DNA of 64,000 nucleotides, taken from assembly GCA_038087875.1 (NCBI GenBank), contig CM075992.1, positions 5,024,001-5,088,000 of the forward strand, read 5' to 3'. The notes under the pieces were generated by a model. It saw only the letters and a list, made by a program, of their open reading frames with translations. It ran no database searches and was not told the origin of the DNA. Position 1 is the stretch's first letter. Each line of letters opens with the position of its first letter. Positions 11,774-22,546 of the stretch are shown here, in pieces. A program made the translations under genes and the position numbers. The DNA is from Malacoraja senta. Taxonomy: Eukaryota.

Positions 11774-11911
11774 CTTCTTCTTGCGTATGGCGTGCACAGC
11801 CTAAAGTTGTAGGACAACTTGTTCTATTTGATCTTACTTGATTGTGCACGCCGGGTTGATTGCATTCGTCGATGCAGGGCGGACCACTTGAAGGTTGCCA
11901 TCTCCCACCCC
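11774..11911 (-). mobile_element. 138-bp ribozyme-headed non-autonomous retroposon (full length)
   Basis: 12-bp TSD AAAGGTTTAAAT (11762-11773 and 11912-11923); tail GCCATACGCAAGAAGAAG; no tRNA A/B boxes. Confidence 0.85.
11858..11911 (-). ncRNA. Minimal HDV/CPEB3-like self-cleaving ribozyme fold (variant copy)
   Basis: GGGGTGG GA GATGGCA ACC TTCAAGT GGT CCGCCCT GCATCGA C GAA TGCAATC: P1 with G1-U wobble, P3 ACC/GGT, P2 with one mismatch, J4/2 CGAA. Confidence 0.7.
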
Positions 11912-12359
11912 AAAGGTTTAAATGATGTGGGCCAAATGAAGGCTAGTCGGACTATGATAAATGGGGCATCATGGTCGGCATGGGCAAGTTGGGCCAAAGG
12001 GCCTGTTTACGTCATGTATTTACTAGATAGTAAAGCATTGTTGGCAGACATGGACATTCATGGGATCCTCCTGTATAGGAAGGAACTGCAGATGCTGGTT
12101 TACGCGGAAGATAGACACAAAACGCCGGAGTGACTCAGCGGGACAGGCAGCATCTCTGGAGAGAAGGAATGGGTGACGTTTCAGGTCGAGACCCTTCTAC
12201 AGGCTGAGTGGGATCCACCCGCACCATTGCAACCTACGTGGCCAGAGGGAGAGCGTGCAAACTCCACACAGACAGCACCCGAGGTCAGGATCGAACCCAG
12301 TTCGCTGGAGCTGTGAGGCAGCAACTCTACCAGCCCCATGCTGTGGACTAGATCTAATT

Positions 12360-12647
12360 TAGGGTGGCACGGTGGCGCAGCGGTAGAGTTGCTGCCTCAC
12401 AGCACCAGTGACCTAGGTTTGATCCTGACTGTTTGTACGTTCTCCCTGGGACCGCGTGGGTTTTCTCCGGGTGCTCCGGTTTCCATCCACACTCCAAAGA
12501 CATACAGGCTTGTAGGTTAATTAGCTTCGGTAAACTGTCAATTGTCCCTAGTGTGTAGGATAGTGCTAGTGTACGGGGTGATCGCTGGTTGGCGTGAACT
12601 CGGTTGGCCGAAGGGGCCTGTTTCCACGCTGTATCTCTAAACTAAAC
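12360..12647 (+). mobile_element. HE1-like V-SINE
   Basis: GGCACGGTGGCGCAGCGGTAGAGTTGCTGCC head through TATCTCTAAACTAAAC tail; head-to-head with a minus-strand SINE part at about 12240-12337. Confidence 0.85.
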
Positions 12648-13350
12648 ACAGAACGTGTGTGAATGGGTGATCGATGGTCAGCACGGACTCGGTGGGCCGA
12701 AGGGCCTGTTTCTACTCTGCATGTCTAATCTCATGATATGCCAGCCTTCCTCGAGATTGTGACAGACCTACCGAATATTTATTTGCAGCACGCTCACCAG
12801 ATCGGCCATTAGGCTGTGCTGCAATTGAAATGACCTCAAATTCAAATGTACTGCAACTCAAATGTTCTACTCACCCGTTTCCCAACCCCACTCTCTCCTT
12901 CCCTTTCCCAGCTGTTGAGCAGAGCTCCAATCTTGCGAGGGTTAGGGGGACAATCTTAGATGCCCTGGCAAAGAATCCATATCTGGCCAATGAATTACAG
13001 ATCACAGGATCATTGAGGTCATTAACTAATGGAATTGCTCAGGCAATTCATGTCCATCAGCGGGAAATGGGCATTGATTTTACTGCTTTAAACGCTTTCT
13101 CGGCTACTTGTTATTCATTGCGTTCTACCATCTCCAGGCTTCAAACAAAATATTTATTGTAGGCTGTCAGGCCATGGGGTTGTGCAATTGTGGAGAGTAT
13201 TTAAAAGGGTAAATGCAATTAGCGGTCCAGAGGCATGCAGAAAGGGTGGGTGTGGAAGATGGCTACAGCTCCTACCCAGTGCCGCAGGCAGGGCAACAGG
13301 CATTTAGGGCCAAACAGTACAAGATGACGCCTGCAACATGGAGACTCTTA

Positions 13351-13588
13351 AGGGCCTGTCCCACTTTCACGACCTAATTCACGACCTTTTTTACTCGTGG
13401 ACATTTTTCATCATGTTGAAAAAAACGCCCCGACCTACTTGATGCCACGAGTACCTACGACTAGCATCACGGCCTGCTACGACCTACCTACGACCTCCTA
13501 CGACCTCGTGACGACCATGCTGCGAGTACGAGTCAAGGGCAAACTCGGCAGAGGTCCTGAATTAGGTCGTGAAAGTGGGACAGGCCCT
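13351..13588. mobile_element. Harbinger/PIF-type MITE (238 bp)
   Basis: TTA on both sides; 31-bp perfect TIR AGGGCCTGTCCCACTTTCACGACCTAATTCA; repeated internal CGACCT motifs. Confidence 0.85.
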
Positions 13589-13883
13589 TTAGTTTAGTTT
13601 AGAGGGATACAGCGTGGAAACAGGCCCTTCGGCCCAACAAGTCAACCTAGACCAGCGATCACCCATACACTACTATCCTGCACACTAGGGACAATTTACA
13701 GAGGCCAATTGACCTACAAACCCACGTCTTTGGAATGTGGGAGGAAACCAGAACACCCAGGAGAAACCCACGCGGCCACGGGGAGAACGTGCAAACTCCG
13801 AACAGACAGCACCCGTAGTCAGGATCAAACCCGGGTCTCTGGTGCTGTAAAAGGCAGCAACTCTACCGCTGCGCCACCATGCT
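13589..13883 (-). mobile_element. HE1-like V-SINE directly abutting the MITE
   Basis: Tail at the MITE right TSD, V-domain, head ending CGCCACCATGCTGCCCC. Confidence 0.85.
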
Positions 13884-14861
13884 GCCCCCATACACTGACT
13901 CAATGTGGTCTACTATATTGCAGTCTTGGACTTAGTATGATCGTGTCTAATGTATAGTACGACTGCCACTGAACTGCTTGCGAGAAAGGAATTGCACTGT
14001 ACTTAGGTACACGTGGCAATGAAGTACCATTGATCCTGACAGAAGTAGATATAATTATCAGAGGCATAGATAGGGTGGACGGTCAGAACCTTTTCCCCCA
14101 GGGCGGAAGTATGAAATGCCAGAGAGCACAGGTTTAAGGTGAGAGGGGGAAAGCTAAAAGGAGATGTGTGGGGCAACTTTTGTTTCAACACAGGGCAGTG
14201 AGTGCCTGGAACGCACTGCCTTGTTTGGTGTTTGTGGCAGGTAGAATAGAGGCTTTTGGATAGGCACAAGGGATATGCAGGGAATGGAGGGATATGGATT
14301 ATGGGCCAATCGATACGAGGTGGTTCTGACACCATATTTGGCACAGAGATTGTGGGCCGAAGGACCTGTTCTTGTGCTGTGCTGTTCTGTATTCTATGCT
14401 CTAAACTGTAAAGCCACACACTGCAGACTCTGGAGATGGTAAATGGAAGTAGTCAACACTACAACACATTTTCCTTCTATTTGTACTCTGTATTTGTCAG
14501 ATGTCTCGGAAAGGAGAAGAAAGCAGCTTTTGCATGTTAATGAGCTTAGACCTTGCAGCAGGACATTAGATTCTTCCAGGAGAAGACAAGGTCAACAGGA
14601 AGCAAAGATTTAAATATAAATAGTCCCTTAATTCCAGTTATTTAACACCACGTCTGCCAGGTAATTCTGTGTATAAGCTTGTCTTTCATCTGTGTTATTG
14701 TAGCTTTCTAAATGTTATTGCCATTTGTATGAGTATTAGTTTAGGAAGGAACTGCAGATGCTGCTTTACACCTAATCCCATTTCCCCATAACCCTTGACA
14801 CCCGTTCAAATCAAGAATTTGTCTATCTCTGCCTTAAAAATATCCACTGACTTCGCCTCCA

Positions 14862-15228
14862 TCGAATCCACTCCGCCATTCAATCATGGCTGATCTCTGC
14901 CTCCTAATCCCATTTTCCTGCCTTCTCCCCATTAACCCTTGACACCCATTCCAATCAAGAATTTGTCTATCTCTGCCTTAAAAATATCCACTGACATGGC
15001 CTCCATAGCCCTCTGTAGCAACGAATTCCACAGATTAACTACCCTCTGACTAAAGAAGTTCCTCCTCACCTTCTTTCTAAAAGAGCCCCCATTGACCTTG
15101 AGGCTGTGACCTCTGGTCTTAGACTCTCCCACCTGTGGAAACATCCACTCCACATCCACTCAATCTATGCCTTCATTATTCTGTAAATTTCAATGAGGTC
15201 CCCCCTCAACCTTCTAAACTCCAGCGAG
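14862..15228 (-). mobile_element. CR1 LINE 3' fragment (partial duplicate at 14771-14861)
   Basis: MFPQVGESKTRGHSLKVNGGSFRKKVRRNFFSQRVVNLWNSL. Confidence 0.8.
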
Positions 15229-15827
15229 ACCAGCACCTTGCCTATCGCCTATCTTTTATTAAGAAAGCCAATATTATTGCAGTGTCTTATGGTGTCGCAA
15301 ACCTAATGGACAAACCTATTGGATTCTCCCTGTGACCAGGTAGGTCTCCTCCGAATGCTGCAGTTTCCACCCACATCCCAAAGACGTGCGGGTTTGTAGG
15401 TTAATGAGTCTCTATGCATTACCCCTAGTGTGTGGGAAATGGATGCAAAAGTAAAATATCACAGAATTAGTATGAATGAATGATCGCTGGTCGGCATGCA
15501 ATCGGTGGGCCAAAGGGCCTGTTTTCACGCTGCATATCGAAACCAAACTAAATGAGTTTAATTTGGCAACATGCTGGGTATAGACATTGTTGTCCAAAAT
15601 GCCTGTTCCTATGCTGTACTGTTTTATAATTCCATGCCAAGCAATCCATGTAAAAATGATAAACATGCCACGCTCTGATTTATATGTGATATTTATAACA
15701 TCGCTGCATTGCCAAGTCATGTATTGCCTCAGCTTGCACTGCTGTGCTTTCGATGGCAGGGCTGACATTTAGTCCCAGTCCATCACTAGGTAAGATTTTA
15801 ATTCCCCTGAATGAAGGTGTCCTTTGA

Positions 15828-16116
15828 AGGTGGCGCAGGGGTAGAGTTGCTGCCTCACAGCGCCAGGGACCCGGGTTCGAACCTGACTACAGGTGCTGTC
15901 TGTACGCTGTGTATGCAGTGTGTACGTTCTCCCCGTGACCGTGTGGGGTTTCACCAATTTCCTCCCACGCTCCAAAGGCGTGCAGGTTTGTAGGCTAATA
16001 GGCTTGGTATAATTGTAAATTGCCCCCAGTGTGTGTTGGATAGTGGTGTGTGGGGATCGCTGGTCGACGCGGACTCGGTGAGCCGAAGGGCCTGTTTCCG
16101 CGCTGTGTATCTCTAA
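15828..16116 (+). mobile_element. HE1-like V-SINE
   Basis: GGTGGCGCAGGGGTAGAGTTGCTGCC...GGGTTCGAACC head; CCGAAGGGCCTGTTTCCGCGCTG tail. Confidence 0.85.
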
Positions 16117-16195
16117 AGAATAAGAAACACAGGCATGGAACATTTTGGATGCATGGTCTCTCTCTCCCTGCTATGTACCGTCTATAAATACTTAC

Positions 16196-16328
16196 TCTTG
16201 GAGTATAGTGGGCAGTCATGGAGGTTTGGTTCAGGACTTGGAGAAGCTTTGTGGCTCCATGCTGCCTGGCAATTTGCATCCAGTTGTTTAACGGTCCCAC
16301 ATAACAACACAACAGCAATCCACAGCAT
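16196..16328 (-). CDS. rtbdn: Retbindin/riboflavin-binding protein-like, first coding exon (exon spans 16196-16347)
   Basis: Acceptor cttaactctcctcctttctcctccag, 19-nt UTR, Kozak GCCAAAATG, donor A|gtaagt; translates signal-peptide-like MLWIAVVLLCGTVKQLDA then NCQAAWSHKASPSPEPNLHDCPLYSK, cf. the family motif HKxxPSPEPNxHxCxLY. Confidence 0.92.
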
Positions 16329-16582
16329 TTTGGCACTCCCGTTGGACCTGGAGGAGAAAGGAGGAGAGTTAAGAACGTTGAAAGAAAGAACTGCGTCTTC
16401 TTCTGTCCCAGCGGTAGAGTTAGTACCTCACACCACCAGAGACCCGGGTTCGATCCCGACTACGGGTGCTGTCGGTATGGAGTTTGTGTGTTCTCCCCGT
16501 GACCGCACATGTTTTCTCCGGGTGCCCATGTCATCCTGGGAGTCACTTGCTGTGGAAGAACTCAGCACAGAGTGATCATAGT

Positions 16583-17101
16583 AGATATGTTACAAAGCTT
16601 ACCTTCAGTCGCGCTGTAATTCTGCCACTGGCCGTGTGCGCGATTTTGGCGCCTTTAAGGGGGGGCGGGGTTAAAACGCGGGTTTCTCCTCCCTTGTCCT
16701 GGTTAATATTTTGTTGGATGACAAGCGTTGGCTGAAAAATCGTTCCTAGTGGCGATTTGTGTCTTTTTTATTTTTATTAAATCGTCAATGTCAGCGCTAG
16801 AGTAATTTTAAAATCAGCTCCTGAAGCGTCAACGCCGATAACGGGGACGGATTTCACACACGGGACAGGTAAACGAAAGTGGTTTCTTTAAATGTATAAA
16901 AGTGCTTCTTAAGAAGCCTTTAATTCACATTTTTTCATGCGACACGGTGATTTTATTCCCCGAATTAACGGCAGTATTTTTCATGCCAATATGGGGTTAA
17001 ATTCACCGCAAATGAACGTTCCAATCGATCGCATTCCAGAAATCCTCACTCACAAGATGATTTAAATCCCCATTAATTTACAGGTATTAAACATTCAATT
17101 C
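16583..17101. repeat. Unclassified CpG-retaining element running into the assembly gap (putative DNA transposon end)
   Basis: Abrupt rise in CpG content from TAGATATGTTACAAAGCTTACC; no similarity to other repeats in the window; other end not visible. Confidence 0.3.
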
Positions 17102-17301
17102 NNNNNNNNNNNNNNNNNNNNNNNNNNNNNNNNNNNNNNNNNNNNNNNNNNNNNNNNNNNNNNNNNNNNNNNNNNNNNNNNNNNNNNNNNNNNNNNNNNN
17201 NNNNNNNNNNNNNNNNNNNNNNNNNNNNNNNNNNNNNNNNNNNNNNNNNNNNNNNNNNNNNNNNNNNNNNNNNNNNNNNNNNNNNNNNNNNNNNNNNNNN
17301 N
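17102..17301. other. Assembly gap (200 N)
   Basis: Run of 200 N. Confidence 1.
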
Positions 17302-17329
17302 TCCAGAGATGCTGCCTGACCCACTGATT

Positions 17330-17622
17330 TGTTTAGTTTAGAGATACAGCGCGGAAACAGGCCCTTCGGCCCACCGAGTCCGCGCCGCCCAGCGATCCCT
17401 GCACACTAACACTATCCCACACACTAGGGACAATTTACAATGATTCCAAGCCAATTAACCTAGGAACCTGTACGTCTTTGGAGTGTGGGAGGAAACCGGA
17501 CATCCCGGGGAAAACCCACGCAGGTCACGGGGAGAACGTACACACACTGTACATACAGCACCCGTAGTCGGGATCGAACCCGGGTCTCCGGCGCTGTAAG
17601 GCAGCAACTCTACCGTTGCGCC
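17330..17622 (-). mobile_element. HE1-like V-SINE
   Basis: Near-consensus copy from tail to A-box region. Confidence 0.85.
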
Positions 17623-18411
17623 ATACCCACTCCAGCACTTTGTATCGATGTTAGTTCCAACTGCTGTTATGACCATCTGAGCTTTCAAGCTACACTTCAG
17701 TTTGAAAGCGTTACCTAGTTATAGGTTTCCTTCCTTGTTTTCAGTTCCTAAATTAACTGTGGAATCGCCAGATACACTCTTTCAATATTGGTCTGTTCGT
17801 AAGCAGCACCACCACCTCCACCACCCCTTCTCCTTCCAAGTAGAAAACGACTCAGGATTGTGGCTTAAAGCTCTGTCTTTCTGATGAGACGATACACTTC
17901 TGCACGCCCAGAAAACTCAGAGACTTGGCATTATTCCAAGAGAAGCAGGAACCCTCCCTGTGATCCCAACTAACTCATGTCAGTTAAAGAGAAACAGCAG
18001 CTGACCAGATCATTTATCACGACCCTGGTTGTGCAGTGCTCCTGTATCCATCTACAGAACAGCAACACAAAGCCTGCACGCATTTCTCTTGTGAAAGGTG
18101 CTATATTTTATAGCATTTACTTTCATTCCTCCTGCTGCTCAGTATCGTAGCAATAAAATTGTTATTTGTACATTGCTACATAATGACTTCATCACATCGG
18201 GGTTAAAAACTGGTAAATGTGAACTATTTAGAGACACATGACTGAACCACATGTAACAAACCCTGCCTGGGATCATAGGCTGGCAAATTTTTCAAGTCTA
18301 ATGTTTTCTTGCGGATATGTTCCTGGCTGCAATGTAACACACCAAGCTGATAAAATGGCGAAGAAAAGACTTGAAGTGCTGGAGTAACTCAGGCAGATCA
18401 GGCAGCGACCC

Positions 18412-18601
18412 TGGTGCCTTCCCTCACAGTGGGAAACGTTGATTCCGCTGTCTGGGGATGTTTGTGTGAAAGACTATTGTGTTCTGTGTACTTTTTAAAT
18501 TTTTTTAATTCGTTTGGCTGTGTGATGACCACAAATTTCACTGTACCAATTGGTGCATGAGACAATAGATGTCTCTTCTCTCTCTTGTTGTCTTGTCTTG
18601 G
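18412..18601 (+). mobile_element. 3' fragment of a Rex1-tailed non-autonomous retroelement, inserted in a Penelope-like repeat
   Basis: GCCTTCCCTCACAGTGG...GGGGATGTTT hairpin, AATTTCACTG...GACAATA tail, (TCTTG)n-like end. Confidence 0.5.
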
Positions 18602-20996
18602 AGAACATGGATCGGTGACATTTCGGGTCGGGACCCTTCCACAGTCTAAGGAAAGGTCCCGACCCAAAACGTCACCTATCCATGTTACCCAAGATACTGC
18701 CCGATCCGCCGAGTTACTCCAGCACTTTGTGACTTTTTTTGTTTGTTTAAACCAGCATCTGCAGTTCCTTGTTTCTACAGCAGATAAAATGTGAAGGCTA
18801 TATTCTTAAACCAGTAAATTCAGTACTTTGTGCAAGACTGGGAGGCATTAAGCTAGCAATAATCTATAGAGCTTCTCAACCTGAGGATTTCCCAGGCTGA
18901 TTTATGATCACTGCTCAATGGTGTACGAGATCAGGCAGCTAAGTTGCAGAGTGTAAGGTCCCAAGGTGAAAATGGTCAGATGATCTTGGTCAGAATAGTG
19001 CTGTGGGATATTGTATATAACCCATAGATGGACCATTTATGGCCCCTGCAAGGAGACAAGCGGCAAGGGACAAGACTCAAATCAAGAGTAGACACAAGTA
19101 ACTGCAGGTGCTGGTTTACCAAAAAAAGACACAAAGTGCTGGAGTAATTATGAACTATAAACTGTGTTGGTTGCATTAAGGCCCAGGGTTGTTGCACTAA
19201 TGTTGCACTAATCCTCCCACATTCCAAAGACGTGCAGGTTTGTAGTTCAATTGGCTTCGGTAAAAATCGTCCCGAATGTGTTTGGAATGTGGGAGGAAAC
19301 CGGAGCACCCGGAGGAAATGCACGCGGTCACAGGGAGAACGTACAAACTCCGTACAGACAGCACCCGTAGTCAGGATCGAACCCGGGTCTCTGGAGCTGT
19401 AAGGAGGCAACTCTACCGCTGCGCCACAGAAACTGTGCCAGTCATCCAGGCTCTGTAAAGCAACTCCTTACAGAAATGGACCACTGCTTACTTTACCCAT
19501 CAGAAGCCACGGCAACATGCTGGCATTCAACAGGCCCCATTCAAAAAATATTTTGCCTGCAGTTACTGGCTTGAACGACTCACATAGTATCTCTAAAGCC
19601 TGTAACCTCCACACCATCAAGGACAAAGGGTTCTGGCACAAAGAAGAACCACCAGTCTAAAGAAGGGTCCCGACCCAAAACATCACCCATCTTTTTTTCT
19701 CCAGTGATGCTGCCTGGCCCACTGAGGATGGGTCTCGACCCGAAATGTCACCTATTCCTTTTCTCCAGAGATGCTGTTTGACCCGCTGAGTTACTCCAGC
19801 ATTTTGTGTCTCTCTCTTTGGAATGAACCATCTGCAGTTCCTTCCTACACCACTGAGTTACTCCGCAGTTTGTGTCTATCTTTGAGAACCACCATTTGCA
19901 GGTCCCCCCCTCCAAGTCTCACACGCTCCTGATTTAGGAATGTACCATCGTTCCTTCATCACTGCTGGATCTGAATGCTGGAACTCCCAGCCCAACAGCC
20001 CTTGAAAGATACAGCATGGAAACAGGCCCTTCAGCCCTCCGAGTCCATGCCGACCATCGATCACCAGTTCACACTAGTTCTATGTTATTCCACTTTGACA
20101 TCCACTCTCGACACACTAGAAACAATTTACCAAGGTCAATTAATCTACAAATCCGCATGTCTTGGGGACAAGGGACAAAACTGGAGCACACGGAGGAAAC
20201 CTATGGGATCACAAGGAAAACATGCAAACTCCACACAGACTGTACCCAAGGTTAGCAGTGAACTGAATAAACGTTATGGAGCCTGGAGGGCCTGTTCCTG
20301 CGTTGTAATATTCAATGTCCTTTGGTGAAATTCACTCTGCATTAAAGGACACAAAGCGCTGAAATAACTCAGGCAGCATGGATAGATGATGTTTCGGGTC
20401 GAGACCCTTCTTTAGACTCTCTATACATTGGCCATTTCACACTAGGAAATGATCAGAATACTTGCCTGGGCGGAGGGAACAGTTCTGACTTTATACTCCA
20501 TCTAAAACGGCAGGCAGGCACCACATTGAAGCTGCACGCCCCCCAATACGCCCACTGGCATGCAATGATGGTAAGCAGCAGGAGATGCTGAAAGCGAAGA
20601 TTTAAGTCTAGATTTTGCAACGTTCCCATCCATGCACGTTAACACTGACGAGAAATGCCTCCATCTGCCATTGTCACATTAAACAAGCAGGATAATGTCT
20701 CTGTTAAAGACAGGGGAGCAACTTATTTCATACCAGCAGTGTGAGGTTACAATTAAATGCAGAATTATCTCATGGTTAGGAAGCAGATTGGGTACAAAAC
20801 TGAGGAGGGGGGGGCGGAGAAATTTTCAGGTTGGGAACCTGAAATGAAAGTGAACCTGAAATGAATGCAACGAAGCACAAAGCTAATCCGTACCAGTAGT
20901 GGAACGGCAATTAGTTTAATTTAACTGTAACCTCTTCCTCTTTCTTGTGCTACGCAGATGTCCTATTGTAACATGTGTGCAGAAATTACACAACCA

Positions 20997-21136
20997 TCCC
21001 CTCCCCTCTCCCCTGCCCTCCTCTCCTCTTCTCCCTACCTTCCTCTCCCCTCCTCACCTCATCCCCTCCTCTCCTCTCTCCTCCCCTCCCTTCCCCTCCT
21101 CCCCCCCTCTCTCCCTCTCCTCCTCTCCCCTCCACC
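20997..21136. repeat. Polypyrimidine (C/T) low-complexity tract
   Basis: About 140 bp almost entirely C and T. Confidence 0.95.
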
Positions 21137-21859
21137 TTTCGAGAACCAGTTTAAGAAAAAGCACCTTTCTTGGGCTTAAAATAATTTAGCCTTCCTCTTT
21201 TAAGACATTGATCTATAATAAGAAAAACAATGTTTTGTAGCACAATTTATTCCATTGATAATGCGCTGTGGTATGTTATACGATTTCCTTGGAGTGAGTG
21301 AAGTTTACAAAATATGAATAAATATGAAAATACCAACAAATAATGATTTGAAAAGTAAATGTTACATTCTACAATTCTTTCCCCTGCTATTTATAATTGC
21401 CTATTCTTTTTGAATCTTGGAATATTGAGTTTTGTGTCCTAGTTTTCCTGGAACAACATAGAACTTTACAGCAGAGGAAGAGGCCCTTCAGCCCACAATG
21501 TGTGCACTGAACATGATGCTGTTAATCTAATCTATGCTACCTGTTTGTGATCCATATCTCTCCATTCCCTCTGCCTATCTAAAAATCCTTTAAATTGTAC
21601 AGAACATACAATAAAACATAGGAACATAGAAAAATAGGTGCAGGTGTAGGCCATTCGGCCCTTCGAGGCAGCACCGCCATTCAATATGATCATGGCTGAC
21701 CATCCCTGCTTTTTTCCCTCGATTCCTTTAGCCCTAAGAGCTAAATCTAACTCCCTCTTGTGCTTCCACCACTACCCCTGGCAGCACCTTCCAGACAGCC
21801 ACCATTTAATTTCAACTTTCCCTCTCTGACCATAACCTATGCTCTCTAGTTTCGTTTTT

Positions 21860-22130
21860 TAGTTTGGTTTGGTTTAGGGATACAATGCAGAAACAGACCC
21901 TTCGGACCACCGAGTCCGTGTCGACCAGCGATCCCCGCACACTGACACTATCCTACACTCACTTCACAATTGTACCAAGCCAATTTATCTACAAACCTGT
22001 ACGTCTCTGGAGTGTGGGAGGAAATTCGTGCAGGTCACGGGGAGAAGGTAGAAACTCCATACAGACAAGCACCCATAGTCAGGATCAAACCTGGCTCTCT
22101 GAGGCAGCAACTCTACCGCTGCGCCACCAT
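21860..22130 (-). mobile_element. HE1-like V-SINE
   Basis: Tail, V-domain and head recognisable on the minus strand. Confidence 0.8.
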
Positions 22131-22351
22131 CTTTGATATTTCTACCCTGGCGAAAAGATTCTGACTGTCAATCCTATTAATGCCTCTTATAATTGTACAT
22201 ACTTCTACCAGGTCTTTCTCAGCCTCCGACATTCCAGAGAAAACAATCCAAGTTTGTCCCACCTCTCCTTATAGCTAATAACCTCAAATTCAAGTAGCAT
22301 CCTGGTAAGCCTCTTCTGCACCCTCTCCAAAGCCATCACATCCCCATTCTG

Positions 22352-22546
22352 CTGCTGCAGGCTGCAGCAGAAAAGGGTCTCCGGTCGTCTTGGACTCCAT
22401 GCCACTGGATCCTGACCCAGATCTGTCAAGGACCGTGGGGTGGCTGTCTGTGCACCAGTCTCCCCACGTTAGACAAAGTCACGCACAGGCGTCCTCCATG
22501 AGAGGACAGTCATACTCGTTTCGAGTGACCGCCGATGATGATGATG
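22352..22546 (+). mobile_element. 5'-truncated RTE-derived retroposon with (GAT)n tail
   Basis: Body nearly identical to 290-428; ACATCC repeated at 22338-22343 and 22547-22552 within an older CR1. Confidence 0.6.

Noticed and set aside
12360..12430. tRNA-like A/B boxes here and in the other SINE heads
   Set aside because: They continue into V-domain and LINE-derived tail, so they are SINE heads and not tRNA genes.
14470..14600. Plus-strand acceptor-like pyrimidine tract followed by ATG
   Set aside because: The frame closes quickly, there is no convincing donor or partner exon, and it is antisense within an intron.
17073..17324. ORF with a poly-X run
   Set aside because: Artefact of translating the N gap.
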